DNA of 64,000 bases, taken from the NCBI RefSeq assembly GCF_001194135.2, contig NC_068990.1, positions 24,340,223 through 24,404,222 on the forward strand, read 5' to 3'. The translations under genes were made by a program, and so were the position numbers. Position 1 is the stretch's first letter; each line of letters starts with the position of its first letter. This stretch comes from Octopus bimaculoides (lineage: Eukaryota). Positions 25,170 through 39,488 of the stretch are shown here, in pieces. The notes under the pieces are model-generated. The model was not told where the DNA came from and ran no database searches. It worked only from the letters and a program-made list of their open reading frames with translations.

Positions 25170-25383
25170 GCGGAGAGCTGGCAGAATCGTTAGCGCGCCG
25201 GGCGAAATGCTTAGCGGTGTCTGTCGTTACGTTCTGAGTTCAAATTCCGCCGAGGTCGACTTTGTCTTTCATCTTTTCGGGGTCGATTAAATAAGTACCA
25301 GTTACGCACTGGGGTCAATGTAATTGACTTAGCCCCTCCTCTCGAAATTACTTACTCTTGTCCTCAAATTAGGAATGAATATT
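25170..25383 (+). mobile_element. SINE family B, well-preserved
   Basis: GCGGAGAGCTGGCAGAATCGTTAGCGCGCCGGGCGAAATGCTTAGCGG...GAGTTCAAATTCCGCCGAGGTCGACTTTGTCTTTCATCTTTTCGGGGTCG. Confidence 0.85.
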
Positions 25384-27360
25384 AAAATTGCTGAGGTGAT
25401 ACTTTGGAAACTATCTGGCATCAGACATGTCATTCCTTCACTGTGCTTTGGTCACGGTAGTGACTTGTAGTCTGGAGTAGCATACGCCTCCATCCCCAGC
25501 CAACCTGGTACACGTCTCCTCTCATCTTTTCATTCTCACTGCATCTTCCGCTCTCAGCTTCAAGCTAACCACATTGCCCATTAGTCTTTAATGTACCATC
25601 AACCCTCTGTAATTTCACCTTCTCTAACCTTTCTTTCACTTGTCGACTTACAGATGTTCAAAATATAAGAACATTAATCGTATCGTACTAGTCTCAGGCA
25701 TCATACCAACGCCATTGCTATTGCTTCTTTCTGACTAAATCTTAAAAATTTCCAGTTGACACGGTCACCGATGTTGTTGTGTCTCTAGCTTCATGTTTAT
25801 CAAGACTCTATTAATCAACATTAATTAACATCATTAGCAGTACTTTGTCGTTGGTTTTAATGTTATTGCTGTGAACAACTACTTACAGGATTAAAAACGC
25901 TTTAAATTTTAGATTTACACATTAAAATTCTTTTTCAAAACAAAATATATTTTTATATCAATCAAATTTACTAATCGTACGTTTTTAACATATATTAGAT
26001 GATTAGATTACTTCTAAATTCAATACAACAGACGTGGTTATAAATTTTGTAGTCATTACTTTCTCTTTTTGTACCACCGACAAATCTAATTGCTTGGTTT
26101 GTTTATAATGGCTCCAATTATCGTATGCAACTTACTAGAATTTAATCCTGCGCTAATTGAAGATTATTGGACATATTTAACAGTTTGGCGATCTGCCGAA
26201 TATTTAACGTATTATCAGATTAGTGTAGAATGCCCCGCTTGCTGAAAGATCATGCACGCCACTACTTCCTCGCTGTTTCAAACTGAGGGTATCCTCACAG
26301 CCATCAGCTGTTCGCTTAATCTATGGATTAATCTTTGTAGGCAAATCACTGGGAAACGGAAACCATATAATTAGTTCTCATATGTATGTCTTTCTCTTTT
26401 TCTCTCTTTTCATGTGTCTAATATATATATACATGCATGTATGTATTTATCTATGTATATATATGTATATATAATCCAGGAAAATCCTACAGCTGTTTCA
26501 TTATTTTAACAACAATGTTTGAATATCTTTCACATTAAAGTCTGAAGTCTGATCTACAGTAAACAAAAACGACAAAGAAAAAGCATTTGTTAAACATTTA
26601 ATCCTTTAATTCTGAATTATACAGTCCTAAAGACAGATTACAAACAATACTCTTTAAATTAGTCAATGTCATTTGACTTATTAAATTCATGCTTGACATC
26701 TTTTCTTCTTTAGTCTGACTAGCGTATAATAGAAAACCTACATGTCAGTTATTTTACTATAGAATGGGTTTCAAATTTGCTGAGATCAACTTCGCCTTTC
26801 ATCGTTATCGAAGCGATAAAATGAAATATCTGTCAAGTACTTTCCTCACTCAAAATTGCTGGTCTAGGGCTGAAATTCATAGAGAATATAAATGCTGTAA
26901 AAAATGTATTTTTAAAATTACGAATTGTTGGTGTGAATTATTATAGACGCAAAAAGTCCCTTTACACAGGTCGATGATTTGCTTTGGTTATGATAATTAG
27001 CTGAATGATGAATTTATACATAGATATAAAGCCACTTTCGTCGCAGACATTTATCGATCTATAGCCCACCTCGACAGGTTGGTGAGCTGCGTTCCACTGA
27101 AAAATTAATTAGAGAAACACCTGTTGTGGATTTCAACATAAACCATGAATGTAGGTTTTCACAATTATATCCACTCAGCCATTTCGCTTCAAGGAAAACG
27201 ACTTATCTATAATCTTGATCTAAAACTGTATAGGTTGTATTTGTTAGGACAACTGTGACGAAGTATTTCTTTTCACTTTTTCTTTTTATATGTCACATCT
27301 GATACAACTATCTTTCTTACAATTATCAACTAGTTAGAAGTTACCTAGCTGCAATATGTG

Positions 27361-27490
27361 AAGGCGCGTAGCTTAGTGATTAGAGTCCTGCCTTTACGAT
27401 TGTACAATACCGGGTGGAGTATTGTGTTCTTGAGCAAAGCACGTCATTTTACATTGCTCCAGTCTACTCCCTTGTAGATGAATTCCAGCA
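27361..27490 (+). mobile_element. SINE family G head and core fragment
   Basis: GGCGCGTAGCTTAGTGATTAG...ATTGTGTTCTTGAGCAAAGCACGTCATTTTACATTGCTCCAGTCTACTC. Confidence 0.6.
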
Positions 27491-27601
27491 ATAGCCGGAA
27501 TAGTTTGACAGCGGCTTCGAAGTTTCAGCGAACCAGACGCTAACAGACGATGGATGCTAAAACTTTGAAGTAACTGTTAACTACAAATGTGTGTGCATGT
27601 G

Positions 27602-27633
<32 letters not shown>

Positions 27634-29031
27634 TGCACAAAATATCTATCTGATAACCTAGTCATTTCACAATTACGAAAAGAATGTGATGTTGAACATA
27701 AATTAGTATATAAAAGAAGTTTATTCATATACTTAGAACATGGTCACCGATATTTCATCAATGGTGACTACATCATAAGAATATGAAGAAAAAGGTCATA
27801 TATATCTCTGCAGGGGTGAGTCTTTCGCCGTTGTATATTAGCGAAGTGTACCAGACATTGGCGAGAAAAGTCGAAAAAAGTGGAACGCCATCATATTTGT
27901 TCTGCATCCAGTTACAAACATTTTTGTCCCTATGGCCCTCAGAAAAGCAGTGAAATAGCGATTATCCTATTCAAAACCTGTAAACAACAGCGCTATTGTT
28001 CACAATTTACAGTATAAAATAATGAGTAAATATTAAACAAATATCCACAGCAGTGACATGCAACACTCTGCTAAAGAAAATTGATATTATCAATATCTAT
28101 GTAACAGAAACACTGGAACTAAAAATACACTTTGTCACCCTACGAAATGGCGTTTGTGTAATAAACGCTAAAGCAGTTTCAGAAACATCTTCGTAAATTC
28201 TTTTTACAAAACATGATGTTACTGTATTGGATATAACGTAGAAATCACGTGCTTTTTTGTGACACAATGTAACTATTAGCATAAGCGTCAGGACATGCGC
28301 AATTCCAAAAGATGTGTTGCTGGTAGAGCAGGAAGTATAATTTTTACTTTTAACAGTGTTTTTAATTATTGCACAGTTTTGTTTTTTTTGCTACATTAAG
28401 CAGCATACCATTTGGAAAAGCTAACTTGTAAAAGTCTAACTTCCTTTTTATTGTGAAATCTGTCCATGATCTATTTAACAATACATAAAATGGACGTTGG
28501 AGGGAAGTTATGCAGCAAGTGATTTAGACACTACATTTAGCTGCTTTACTTTACATCTTTACCAAACATTGTTTTTATAATTATAGTTACTTTACTTCTT
28601 ATAATTTCAAGTTGCATGCACTTCGTATTGGTAAAACTCTATGGTATTTGTAAACTGGTTTTAGTTATATCAATGATATTTTGTAAAAACATGTTTCTCA
28701 AATAAATGAGTAGGATCAACGTGATATATTAATTAATCGTGTATTAATAAAGCTTCCTTTAACAAACGTTCGTTATAGCTAAAGTATTGTAGAAATTCGC
28801 GGTTTCACGGCTCACTTGATACTATATTATTTGATATATCTCTAAGCACGATTACAATACTTTGATCTAATGTACAAAGTAATAAACGAGAAAATTACCC
28901 TTTTTATTGAAACAATTTTGTGTACAGAAAAAAAAAATCAATGCTGCATTAACTGTATCATGTGTTTGTTATGCAGCCCACATCCAACGGTCAATAATAA
29001 TAAAAAGAAGAAGAATAGTAATAATAATGAC

Positions 29032-29071
<40 letters not shown>

Positions 29072-32000
29072 GTGATAATAATGATAATAATAAGAAATAA
29101 AGCACGTTGTCTACATTTTTCAAATTCAGTGTTAAAAATATATATTTCATTTGTTGCAACAGAGTGAATTAACACATAAACTGTTATGCAATGACACTCA
29201 TGTGACGCTTAACGCTGGCATTAATACGGCAGTAAACGCTTGTTATTGCATAGCTCAAAAACATCTAATGCATACAATGTTATTCGTGATATTAGCCTCT
29301 ATAGGTTATGATTAATATGTAGGTTTACACCTGGAATTACATCACATAACAAAAGATGTGTCCACTTCTGTCAATTAAATTGCTGTTTGATATGAAACTC
29401 ATCTAATATGAAAATTATTCCTGGCGAAGTGCATAACAAACCTTTCTCAGCGCAATAAGCATTGCTAGCTCTTTAAAAGCCGAATCTGCACTTGACTACG
29501 ATACGAGTAGTATTGGAAGTGACATATTACAACAAAACAAATAATACACTAGGAAACGTATGAATGGAGAAAAGAAATCGATTTTTTTCTTACTAGGAAG
29601 CAATACATTTTGCTTCGTCAACGTAAAATGTCGGAAATTTGAAAGCTCTCAGTGAAAGGTCATACAAATAAAACCTCCAAACGTTGGCTTAAGTTAGCCA
29701 TTTTCAGATCAACAGATCAAATGGTCAAATGTACTTTACCAGAAAGCCCTACGAACTATGAAATAGCGCACGCAAACACGCCCGCACACTCACACACACG
29801 CACACACACACACACACACACACGAATTCACAAAGTAAACTGGGCGACAAGGACATTTTAATTACGATTGCATTTTAATGATGAGAAAAATTATTTTTCG
29901 CACATATATATTGTTTATCCTTTAGACAAAGAAGTGTTTCGGAGTTAACTGAAATTTGGTGTTGGAAGTGTTGGATGATAGAGATTGGCAAGAAGCATGA
30001 ATGCCAGTACCAGATTCTGCTCAGGCCCTGGAATAGTTAGATAATCTTTTACTTTGATATACTGAATATTTATATACAGTGTTAAGAAAATACAATGAAA
30101 GTGATGATACGATTAAGATATATTTATGCAAAACAGACAATTAAAGGGTGAGATACGATACAAAGATACCATAAGCATAATTTATACGGTGACAGTGAGT
30201 AAAATGTTGTTAATTAATGAAGACTTGGTCATTAAGTAAACTGGCACTTAAACATTTTGCTATTTTTTTTATAATAAGAGAATTATTTTATGAAAGGGCT
30301 TATCAATATTTGAAACTAAAAATTGAAATTTGCCAGAAATTCATATGTGGAAAAAATTAATGGTTTTTATAAATGAGGAAAAAAATTAATGGTTTTTATA
30401 AACAGTATTTGACTTCCATCTGTTTGTCATTAATACCATTTAATTTTTAAATAATGTTGGAAGTTCATTATTGATGAAAAAATCATAGAGTAAAACAATT
30501 ATCTAGATATAGTTTTATAAATGTAATGGAAGTGTATGATCGTATCTAAGTGCATATGGTGAGAGATAGTTAAAGGCTATAAAGGAAAGATATAACAAAA
30601 AATGGTAACAGATTGTAAACTTAAATGACTAATGGGAAAGAACTTTAGAGGAGAATAAAGTTAGAAAATAGCACCAACGATTATAGTAGTGAGGTAGATG
30701 ATGAGGAATCTTCTCAAATATTTAAAGTAGAAAACTGTTCGACAAATTTAGGCAGGACATTCTATGGCCATTACATTTTCGGACTAAAATCTTCCTTCGA
30801 ATTTGTCACAAATAACTTTTTTTAGCAGAAGGTGATTGTTAGTTTAATAATGATATAATTTGTTCAATCAAGTTTTCCGTTACTTACTTCAACCAAATGA
30901 AAAATAGATAGACAAATGAATAAAAAAGCAATAGATCTTGAAATCAGCACGAAGTAATGAAACACTCAGTAATTATACAATGCTACCGCTTATAGCGATG
31001 AGGTGTTCGTATGAAAACTATCGAGGTAGAGCGTTTCACGATAGATAATTGTCTCAACCATAGACGAACAACAGTTTGTTGACAAGACAGCCACTATCAT
31101 CCTTATCTCTATGCAGACTGCCATCCTTTAACGAAAAGTGAATTTAGATAATTGAAAGAGGATTTAACTATTTTTCCTATTATCATATTAAACATTAATG
31201 GATCTTAGAAATTTGTAAACCATTTTAGTCATACATTGTAGGTAATACGGGTATGAAAGAGACAAGAACGTCATTCCACATAAGAATCAGAAACTATGTG
31301 GTAGGTTGATTAATTGCTCAAGACATTTGATTCTACTCAAGATTTTTATGAACCAGACATGATAACAGATGGAATGCTTCTCAATATAATCTTATTTCAT
31401 TCCATTTAATGTTCTGTTATCTTACACCACCATTCACAACGCTATAAAAAGTACACTATTCTGATTGATAGTTATCTGACGAAGTTAGATCTGCAGTAGT
31501 CATTCAACGTAACCTTCATTAATGTCAGAACGATTTCTATCATTATTTCGGTTATTTAAACAGATAAATGCTCTTTTACCTAAAGTTTTAAAACAAGAAC
31601 AAAAAGAAATCTCATTAAAGAATTAGCTACTGCAGACAAAGCATGCTAAGTATGGATTTTTGTCCTGAAAATACTGCACTTGCTAGTCGAATTCCACGTT
31701 CACCCACCCTGAATATCTGATCACATGCAAGTAAGCTAGTCTTAATGACTAACTATTACTAAGCATTTAAATTAAATAAACTAATCGCTATCTCCATGAC
31801 CCACCTCTGACTAAGGTAATGAAATCCAGCGAAATAATTGTCTTACAACTTCAATATGGGACAGAAAAAAAATCATGGCTGCTTCTCGTCAAAAACGAGT
31901 CCTTATATCAAGTCGACTTAGTTTATCATCGATAAAAGCTGTGTATTCTAATCTTTTAAGTTGAAATCTTTTTATGCATAATATCCTATGGAATATTATT

Positions 32001-33913
32001 ATAAGATCAAAATTTCATAACTTTAGAGGTTTCAAATGATATAATACTTGCAGTTATTTAATAAGTTTAAAAATGTAACACAGCTTGCTGAATTTGCTGA
32101 ATAACGTCTATAATCTGCTTAAATTAATTTAATGAAAACTTTAAAATATTTTCTACAAATATAAAATGCAAATATCTCTCCCCTCACTCTGTGTATATAT
32201 AGATATATGTACTCATACATACAGACAGACACTCACACAGAGGCACACACGCACACACACACATACATACATACATACATACATACATAAATACATACAT
32301 ACATATAGAATTAATAACACGGAAAACAGGATGGTATTCAAAGCTTTATAGAACATATGCAGTTTGACAATTACTGTCATAATTGCATAACATTTGTAGA
32401 AACATCACAGCACGTCAACGTTCATATATATAAATGTATGCATTGCGTGTTTCTTAAATAGTTATACATGGCAAGAACTAGAATGCTGAAGTGTATTATA
32501 TATTGTCCAGGTGCAGTGCCCTTGTTGCTCTAAAATTCGTTCTATCTTATTTGTTATTGTTCTACCAAACAATGCAGTATTTTACTGTTTCATTCGGTTA
32601 ATATAAGCCAAATCTAATTTAATTAAAATAATGCTGAAGTAAACCAGTTCGACGACTAAACTGATGTTTTACTAATCTATAAATTTCATATATTATATTA
32701 TAAGACATAAATGTATTAAAATATATTCTTATTCATTTTAACTAGAATTGTTTGTAAATATCGATTCAGTATATTTGGAAGTAGTTAAGCCGAACGCATA
32801 AGACACGGGTATATTTATTCTGATTCAAGGATTTTCATTTATACTCTAGACTTAACCTTATTCTCTAAGGGTTATCTTGTCAGAACTAAATGTCAGATTA
32901 TGTAAGAAAAGCTGTGAGTAACCGATTGAGCAAGATAAAGGACAATCAGGGGAAGGAACTATGTTTCGTATCATGCTTTCATCCTTCTGTTCTGTGTCTG
33001 TGGAGAAGTCTCATAACGTTCAACAGCGGAATCTGTCTAGCTTTAATCGTTACCGTAAATAACAGTTCTGCGTTCTGTTAGTTCTGCGATAGAAGCAATG
33101 TGTTGTTGATCAGCGTCTAATAGGATGATTTTTAATCTTATATTAATATGTAACCAGGAGTTGAACACAGGCTCTATGGAGCTTCTTGTTTGTCTGGGAA
33201 ATTAATAAATTACAATATGTATCCCTTCAATCTTATGAGATTTTAGAGGCAGTATTTGGAACCTTTGTCTATAGATATTATAAGTACAGAGAGTTACCTG
33301 ACTGAAACTATTGTTTTCTAAGCTGAGGCCTCAGATTATTTTAAATTCAGCACACCAAATTAAAAATCGTCCATATTGATCTAGCTGTAAAACGTTTTCT
33401 TATATTAATTAAACTTCAGTTATAATTAAACAAATTACACATAATTACATTATAAAGAAAATTAGCATATTTCTATGAGTTCTCTCGGAAAAGATATTTA
33501 ATATCTGTAAGCTTTTCTTAAAATATTCTATACCTAGCTTAACAATATGAGTCAGTGATTGAAGATACAAACTTTTAATAGTAGGCCACAAACCACATAA
33601 CTATTTAATAGTGGGCCGCGAATTAAACTGGTATACCAACACACTATAGCAAACGCATTTTCTTTTTCAAAGATGTTACTAGAAAATGTGTATTCCTAAA
33701 CAAATTTCTAAACCTTATAAGAATTTTCTTTCCAAAAGATGTCTTAAATACAAATTGAAAATCATCTATAATGTTGATTTTTTATTTTGAATACTTTTTC
33801 TATAATCCGAGCGAATGATTAGAGAAATATTTGTTGTTTATTAAAAATGAATTTAAAGCAAATATTGAAATATTCTCATCATGCTTTTTACATAGTTGCG
33901 ACATTTGTTTTCA

Positions 33914-33914
<1 letters not shown>

Positions 33915-33970
<56 letters not shown>
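33915..33970. repeat. (ATT)n microsatellite; similar arrays at ~29036-29070, 36479-36570 and 51128-51177
   Basis: Visible trinucleotide arrays. Confidence 0.95.
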
Positions 33971-33971
<1 letters not shown>

Positions 33972-34758
33972 TTGTGGCTTAGTCAAAGGAGCACTTATAA
34001 CATGGGCAGGGACTTCAAGAATGATTAGGAAGAAAGGAAGAAAAAAAAAGAAACTACGAATCATCCAGGAAACTGGATAACTAGCTTGAGACATGATCTG
34101 AATACTAGTCATAGACTGAGCTCTACTTAATACATTGAAAAAGTTAAGTGATGAGCGTTGTCGGTAGGTGGGGAAGCCAGCCAATTAGTATCAAGATTAT
34201 TTTATTAATTCATGTCGCTAGGGTTAAAACTAGTGCGTAATCGTTAAAGATTTTGAATATTTCTCTCCGAGATTAATACGTCACTTATTCATTACATCAA
34301 TTATGAAAATAGTAAACTGATGATTACGAATTTTTAAAATGCATCGAATACTCTGTGTATCACATTTTTCTCCTTCTTTCCTCTTTATATACATTTGCAT
34401 AATTTGATCGTATACATTAGCATAATTTTCAAATGTAAATGATCAATATTAATTACATGATAAATATCATATCTTATAGCTGACACGTACATACACTTAC
34501 TGACATCTGTACACATGAGTAAGAGTTGTAAAATAAATATACAAACCTAAGTGTTCTCCGGTCATCATGTGTATAGTTTTGCTTGTGGCTTACACTGGAC
34601 TTCAAAGTTATCAAAGTAGATTCTTCTAAGAATGTAGACAACTTCGATGAAATGAGTTTTATTCATAAAAAATTGAATGAAATCAAATAAACTTAAATAT
34701 ACTTGCAAATATATGTATTATAGAACAACTTACTGATTATTCTTATATTCTATTCCAG

Positions 34759-34945
34759 ATTGGAAGAATTGCGTTCATTCCACCAAAGTGACCAAGAACA
34801 GATTGCTAGGCAGAACCAACAACTTGCTGATTTAGAAGGCGAGATCAGCATGTTGCGTAGATCTATCGAATCTCTCGAAAAAGAGAAGATGAGGCAATCA
34901 AGTATCCTGACTAGGATGAACGACGAAATGGAGAAACTCCGAATG
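34759..34945 (+). CDS. NF70: IF/neurofilament exon, coil 1b including the lamin-type 42-aa insert (187 nt, phase 2 to phase 0)
   Basis: Acceptor tattccAG at 34757-58, donor GTgagt at 34946. Translates (x)LEELRSFHQSDQEQIARQNQQLADLEGEISMLRRSIESLEKEKMRQSSILTRMNDEMEKLRM. Confidence 0.93.
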
Positions 34946-35605
34946 GTGAGTTAAAATAAGATATTTTATGAATGCAGTGTTATGATAACTCACTATTTAT
35001 TCTACCTTTATCTCCTTGTAAAACCTTCCTTTCTGTAGTATGCTTGAAAACCACGTTCCAATTCGTATCCTTTCTGAAATGCTGTAACGAAATATTTTAT
35101 TACTAACGTCAATGGAAATGCTATGCTACCCTCTCACTATCACACTGTTGTAATACACAATCATTATGTCTAAAATATTGACATACAACAATTTATTTTC
35201 CTTTTCGTTTTGTGTTTTAGTTCTCATTTTTTTTTCAAACTTTGGGGAAGATTTTCTAAGGAAGTTATCGGGAATGAGGAAAAATGATGTCTAAAATGCC
35301 ATTTATCACTTGATCGCTAAATAATGGCAATGTGTAAAATGATGGCATACAGTATCATTATTTACAAATTATGAAAAGTACTGACGATTGATACTAATAA
35401 AATGTCAGACAACGGCAGACTACGAAATTGAAATTATATTTATTTACTATCTCGTAATGATTATTTTTCTAGACCTGATATAATGATGTACCAAGAAAAT
35501 ATTGCACTACTTAGGCATTAATAATTGGCAAACTGAACACATTCATTAAGATCATGATCATCAGTATCATGGTATCACCATCATCGTAGCCGACAGAAAT
35601 GTGGT

Positions 35606-35668
<63 letters not shown>

Positions 35669-36476
35669 AGCAGCGAGTTGGCAGAACCGTTAACACACTG
35701 GGCAAAATACTTTGCGTCCGTTTTTTAACTTTCTTAATTCAAATTCTGCCGAGTTCTACTTTGCTTTTCCATCACGAGTCGAGAAAATATATACCATCCA
35801 AGTAAGGGTACTGATGTAATCGATTTACCTTTTCCTTGCACTTGCTGGACCTGTGCCAAAATTTAAAACCATAATTATAATAATTATTACTATTATTGAG
35901 TGAGGGAGCAGCGCATACCATCAAAGTGACTCTGGGGTACAAATGTACGAAGCTTAATATACCCATCATGAGCAGAGGTTTAGTAAGCGTACATCAGGCG
36001 CATGCATCATAACCATATGTGTGCCACATGGTGACCGCATATCAAGATAAAACAAGATAAAAAAAGATAAAACAACGCATGAACTTGCAGTTGGGGCCCA
36101 GTAAGAACTCTTCTCAAATCAAGTAGCCAATTCCGCTCAAAAGGCCCTTGAATATGGCTTGTTTTAGGATGATGACAGAGACCTTCACCACATGGCTATG
36201 ATGCTCCTCTCGTGATCAGAGATGCACATATCGCCAGCCACAAAGGAACATGCTGTTAAGATCATGCAATTAACAAGCGAATCTGCAGTATTGAGCAGAA
36301 TGCTTGCTGTAACCCATCTTTTACACCAAGACAAAACATGTACTTGTTAACATTTCTAATCAGTTAAGATCAAAAGCCATAGAGCCGCTGCCTGATACTG
36401 TATTTGCCTTTCATTTTTTCGGGGTCGATAAAACTTCAGGTCGATAAAACTTCAGGCCTTGTGTCTATAGTAGAGG

Positions 36477-36556
<80 letters not shown>

Positions 36557-38982
36557 ATTATTATTATTGTTGAGTTTTTAATTCTTAACAGCACTTTTTC
36601 CATCTCTTTACGTTCTGGGTACAAATTCAACCGAGACCAACTCTGTTATTCATCTTTTTGCGGTCGATAAGATAAGTACCAGTCAAGTACTGGTCTCTTC
36701 TGTTTTTAATTCTTATTCTTCGTTTTTTTTTTATTATTATTATTATCTTTATCAATATGGCGAGCTGGTTGAATCGGTAGCACGCCGGACAAAATGCTTA
36801 GCATTCCGAGTTCAAATGCTGGCAAGTTCGACCTTGTTCTTTATTATTTTGGAGTCGATAAAATAAGTTCTAGTTGAGTAGATCGATCTAATCGACTAAG
36901 TTCCTCCTTCTCAATTCTAGGCCTCTGTGCCTACATTAGAAATTATTATTATTATTACTATTATTATTATTATTATTAAATTCAGTATTATCCGTTACTT
37001 TACTAAGTGTCCGTAAGAATCCAAGATAATTGCATATATGAAAATACGTTCAAGTTACACACATTCCTTTCAATGTGCCACAGTCTTCGACCACATATCA
37101 AGATAAACAGCGCATGAACTTGCAGTTGGGTCCCAGTAAGAATTTTTCTCAAGTCGAGTAGCCAATCCCGCTCAAAAGGCCCAATATACAAAGATTATAT
37201 ATAAATATTTTCTTACGTATATCATTTTAGTTCTTGGGGGATTTTTATAGGCTATCTAGCACTGATGTGAGTATTTGAACAGAATTAGATGATGATATTC
37301 AATTTCTTTTATAAACAAAATTAAATTTAACTCAGAGCACAGTAACTCGTCCACGCAATGGAAGCAGCATTAATTAGAATAGACATCTATGTACTATACT
37401 TAACGGATATGCACCGTTGGCAGGCAAAATATGGCCTTTATCGCCCGATATAAAATCTCTTATAGACTTGGTGTCTTAAAAGTACAGCTGTTATCGGAGG
37501 GAGCCGAAATATTGTTCTGCAGCGACTAGTAAGAATTCTAGATTCATTTTGCCCTTCCAGGGCTTTATCACATGACGCTTTATGTTGTGATTTCAACTGT
37601 AGTATCTCGATTGTCAACGATGTTTACACGTAAGGTATGATATATATGTAGCTATTCTACGCATTGTGTTGATAAATAGAGTTAGTATTTACATCTTTTA
37701 TAGTCTTTCGCTTTCTATGTAGGTGAAGTGCCATGCGTTCTGTTTTACTTGAGACTTCCAGTTTAGAATTGTAGTATATACAGCCGAATGATCGAAACTA
37801 TGGAATCCTACTTTATTTTTCACCCACCTCTATAATAATTTGTGAGGCTATTAGATCCCCATCCCCAGAAGCTGATTTCCCAAAATTCTCAGCATGCATC
37901 AAAGATGTCATTACATTCGTTAATACATATTAACGAGCGAACCAGTATCAAGAATGTTGGCTGCTCTTCCTCAGTCGAGGCATAAACAGCCAGAAGTCTA
38001 ATGGAGTCGCCTACGCTGATGATAAGCTCAAAAAAAAAGACCATTCTGCGAATCTCATTAGATTCGAAAAATGTCTTACAGGAAAAGGAAAATTGGACGC
38101 GTGACGTTTATACGTTTCACAAAAACAAGACTTTGTAGCATGAATAAACTGAAATAGCTTCCATCAAAATGTCAGCATAACTGGTGCTTGAACCCATGGA
38201 AATTTCACTTGTTATTACCTGAAAGAATCTGGAAACAAACTTAACTGCTGTTTCCTGATGTAAAAACAAGATTACACCTAAAAAAGATAGGAAGATAACA
38301 GCGTGTCCCACAAGTTTCTCTCTTTTTTTCTTTTCAAATACATTACTGATATAAATCAATATAACCATTTTCAGTTAGAAATCAAATTTTGTAACTTGTA
38401 CTTCCCTTCAGTTTTTATATTCATTGTAGAATTCTTGCGAAAGAAAATTTATTAAATACATATCTATATACTTGAAATATGAAATTAATATAACATAGTA
38501 AATTACAACTTTCCATTTTATTTACTTTAGAATTTAAATCAATTATTTATTTACACTTCTTATGGATTGATAGCCTTGGTTCCGCTACGAAAGGAAATTT
38601 TCAAACTGATTCTCCAACAATTTTCATTGAATTATTTCAAATGAAAACAAGAAACATTCCTGTTTCCTCAACAATAACAATAATCAACCACGACGCTGTT
38701 TGTATATTCTGAATTGAAAACTACTTAAATCTAGAGTCATTATCTATTACTATAGTTCTTCTAAAGCTACAAAAGATTGAGTATATAACACTGCTTGTTG
38801 TAAAGGTATTTAGCTGTAGAATTGATTTCATGTTACACACACACAAAAGAAGAAAACCAGAAAAAAACCTTCGTGAATAGGAAATGTACTTTTAACAATC
38901 TAGTAGTTAAAATAACTGTACGTGCGTTTCTGAATGATTGTCTGTTTGACTGTCTGTCTGTCACCCTTCTCTCGTTCTTTTT

Positions 38983-39055
<73 letters not shown>

Positions 39056-39436
39056 ATATCATATAAAGTACGTTGTCATAAGTATTTATATACATACATA
39101 TATATATATATATGCGTGTGTGTGTTTGTGTGTGTGTGTGTGTGTGTGCATGCATGTATATACGCATGCACACATACACAGTTAGCACACACATATATTT
39201 AAATCATAAACGTTCTTCCTCTTTGGTTAATGAAACGTTCAGCATTTCGATCATTTTGTCGTAGGTCTTTGATGCATTCTATAACATTAAAGTGTACAGG
39301 CATGCAAACAATGATATATATATATGCATAAGATTACACACATATACTCAGAGATGTAAGCACAAACACAGAACTATTTTTGATTTTATTTGAATAAAGA
39401 TATTTACAAATGATGATATATGTGTGTGTATATACT

Positions 39437-39488
<52 letters not shown>

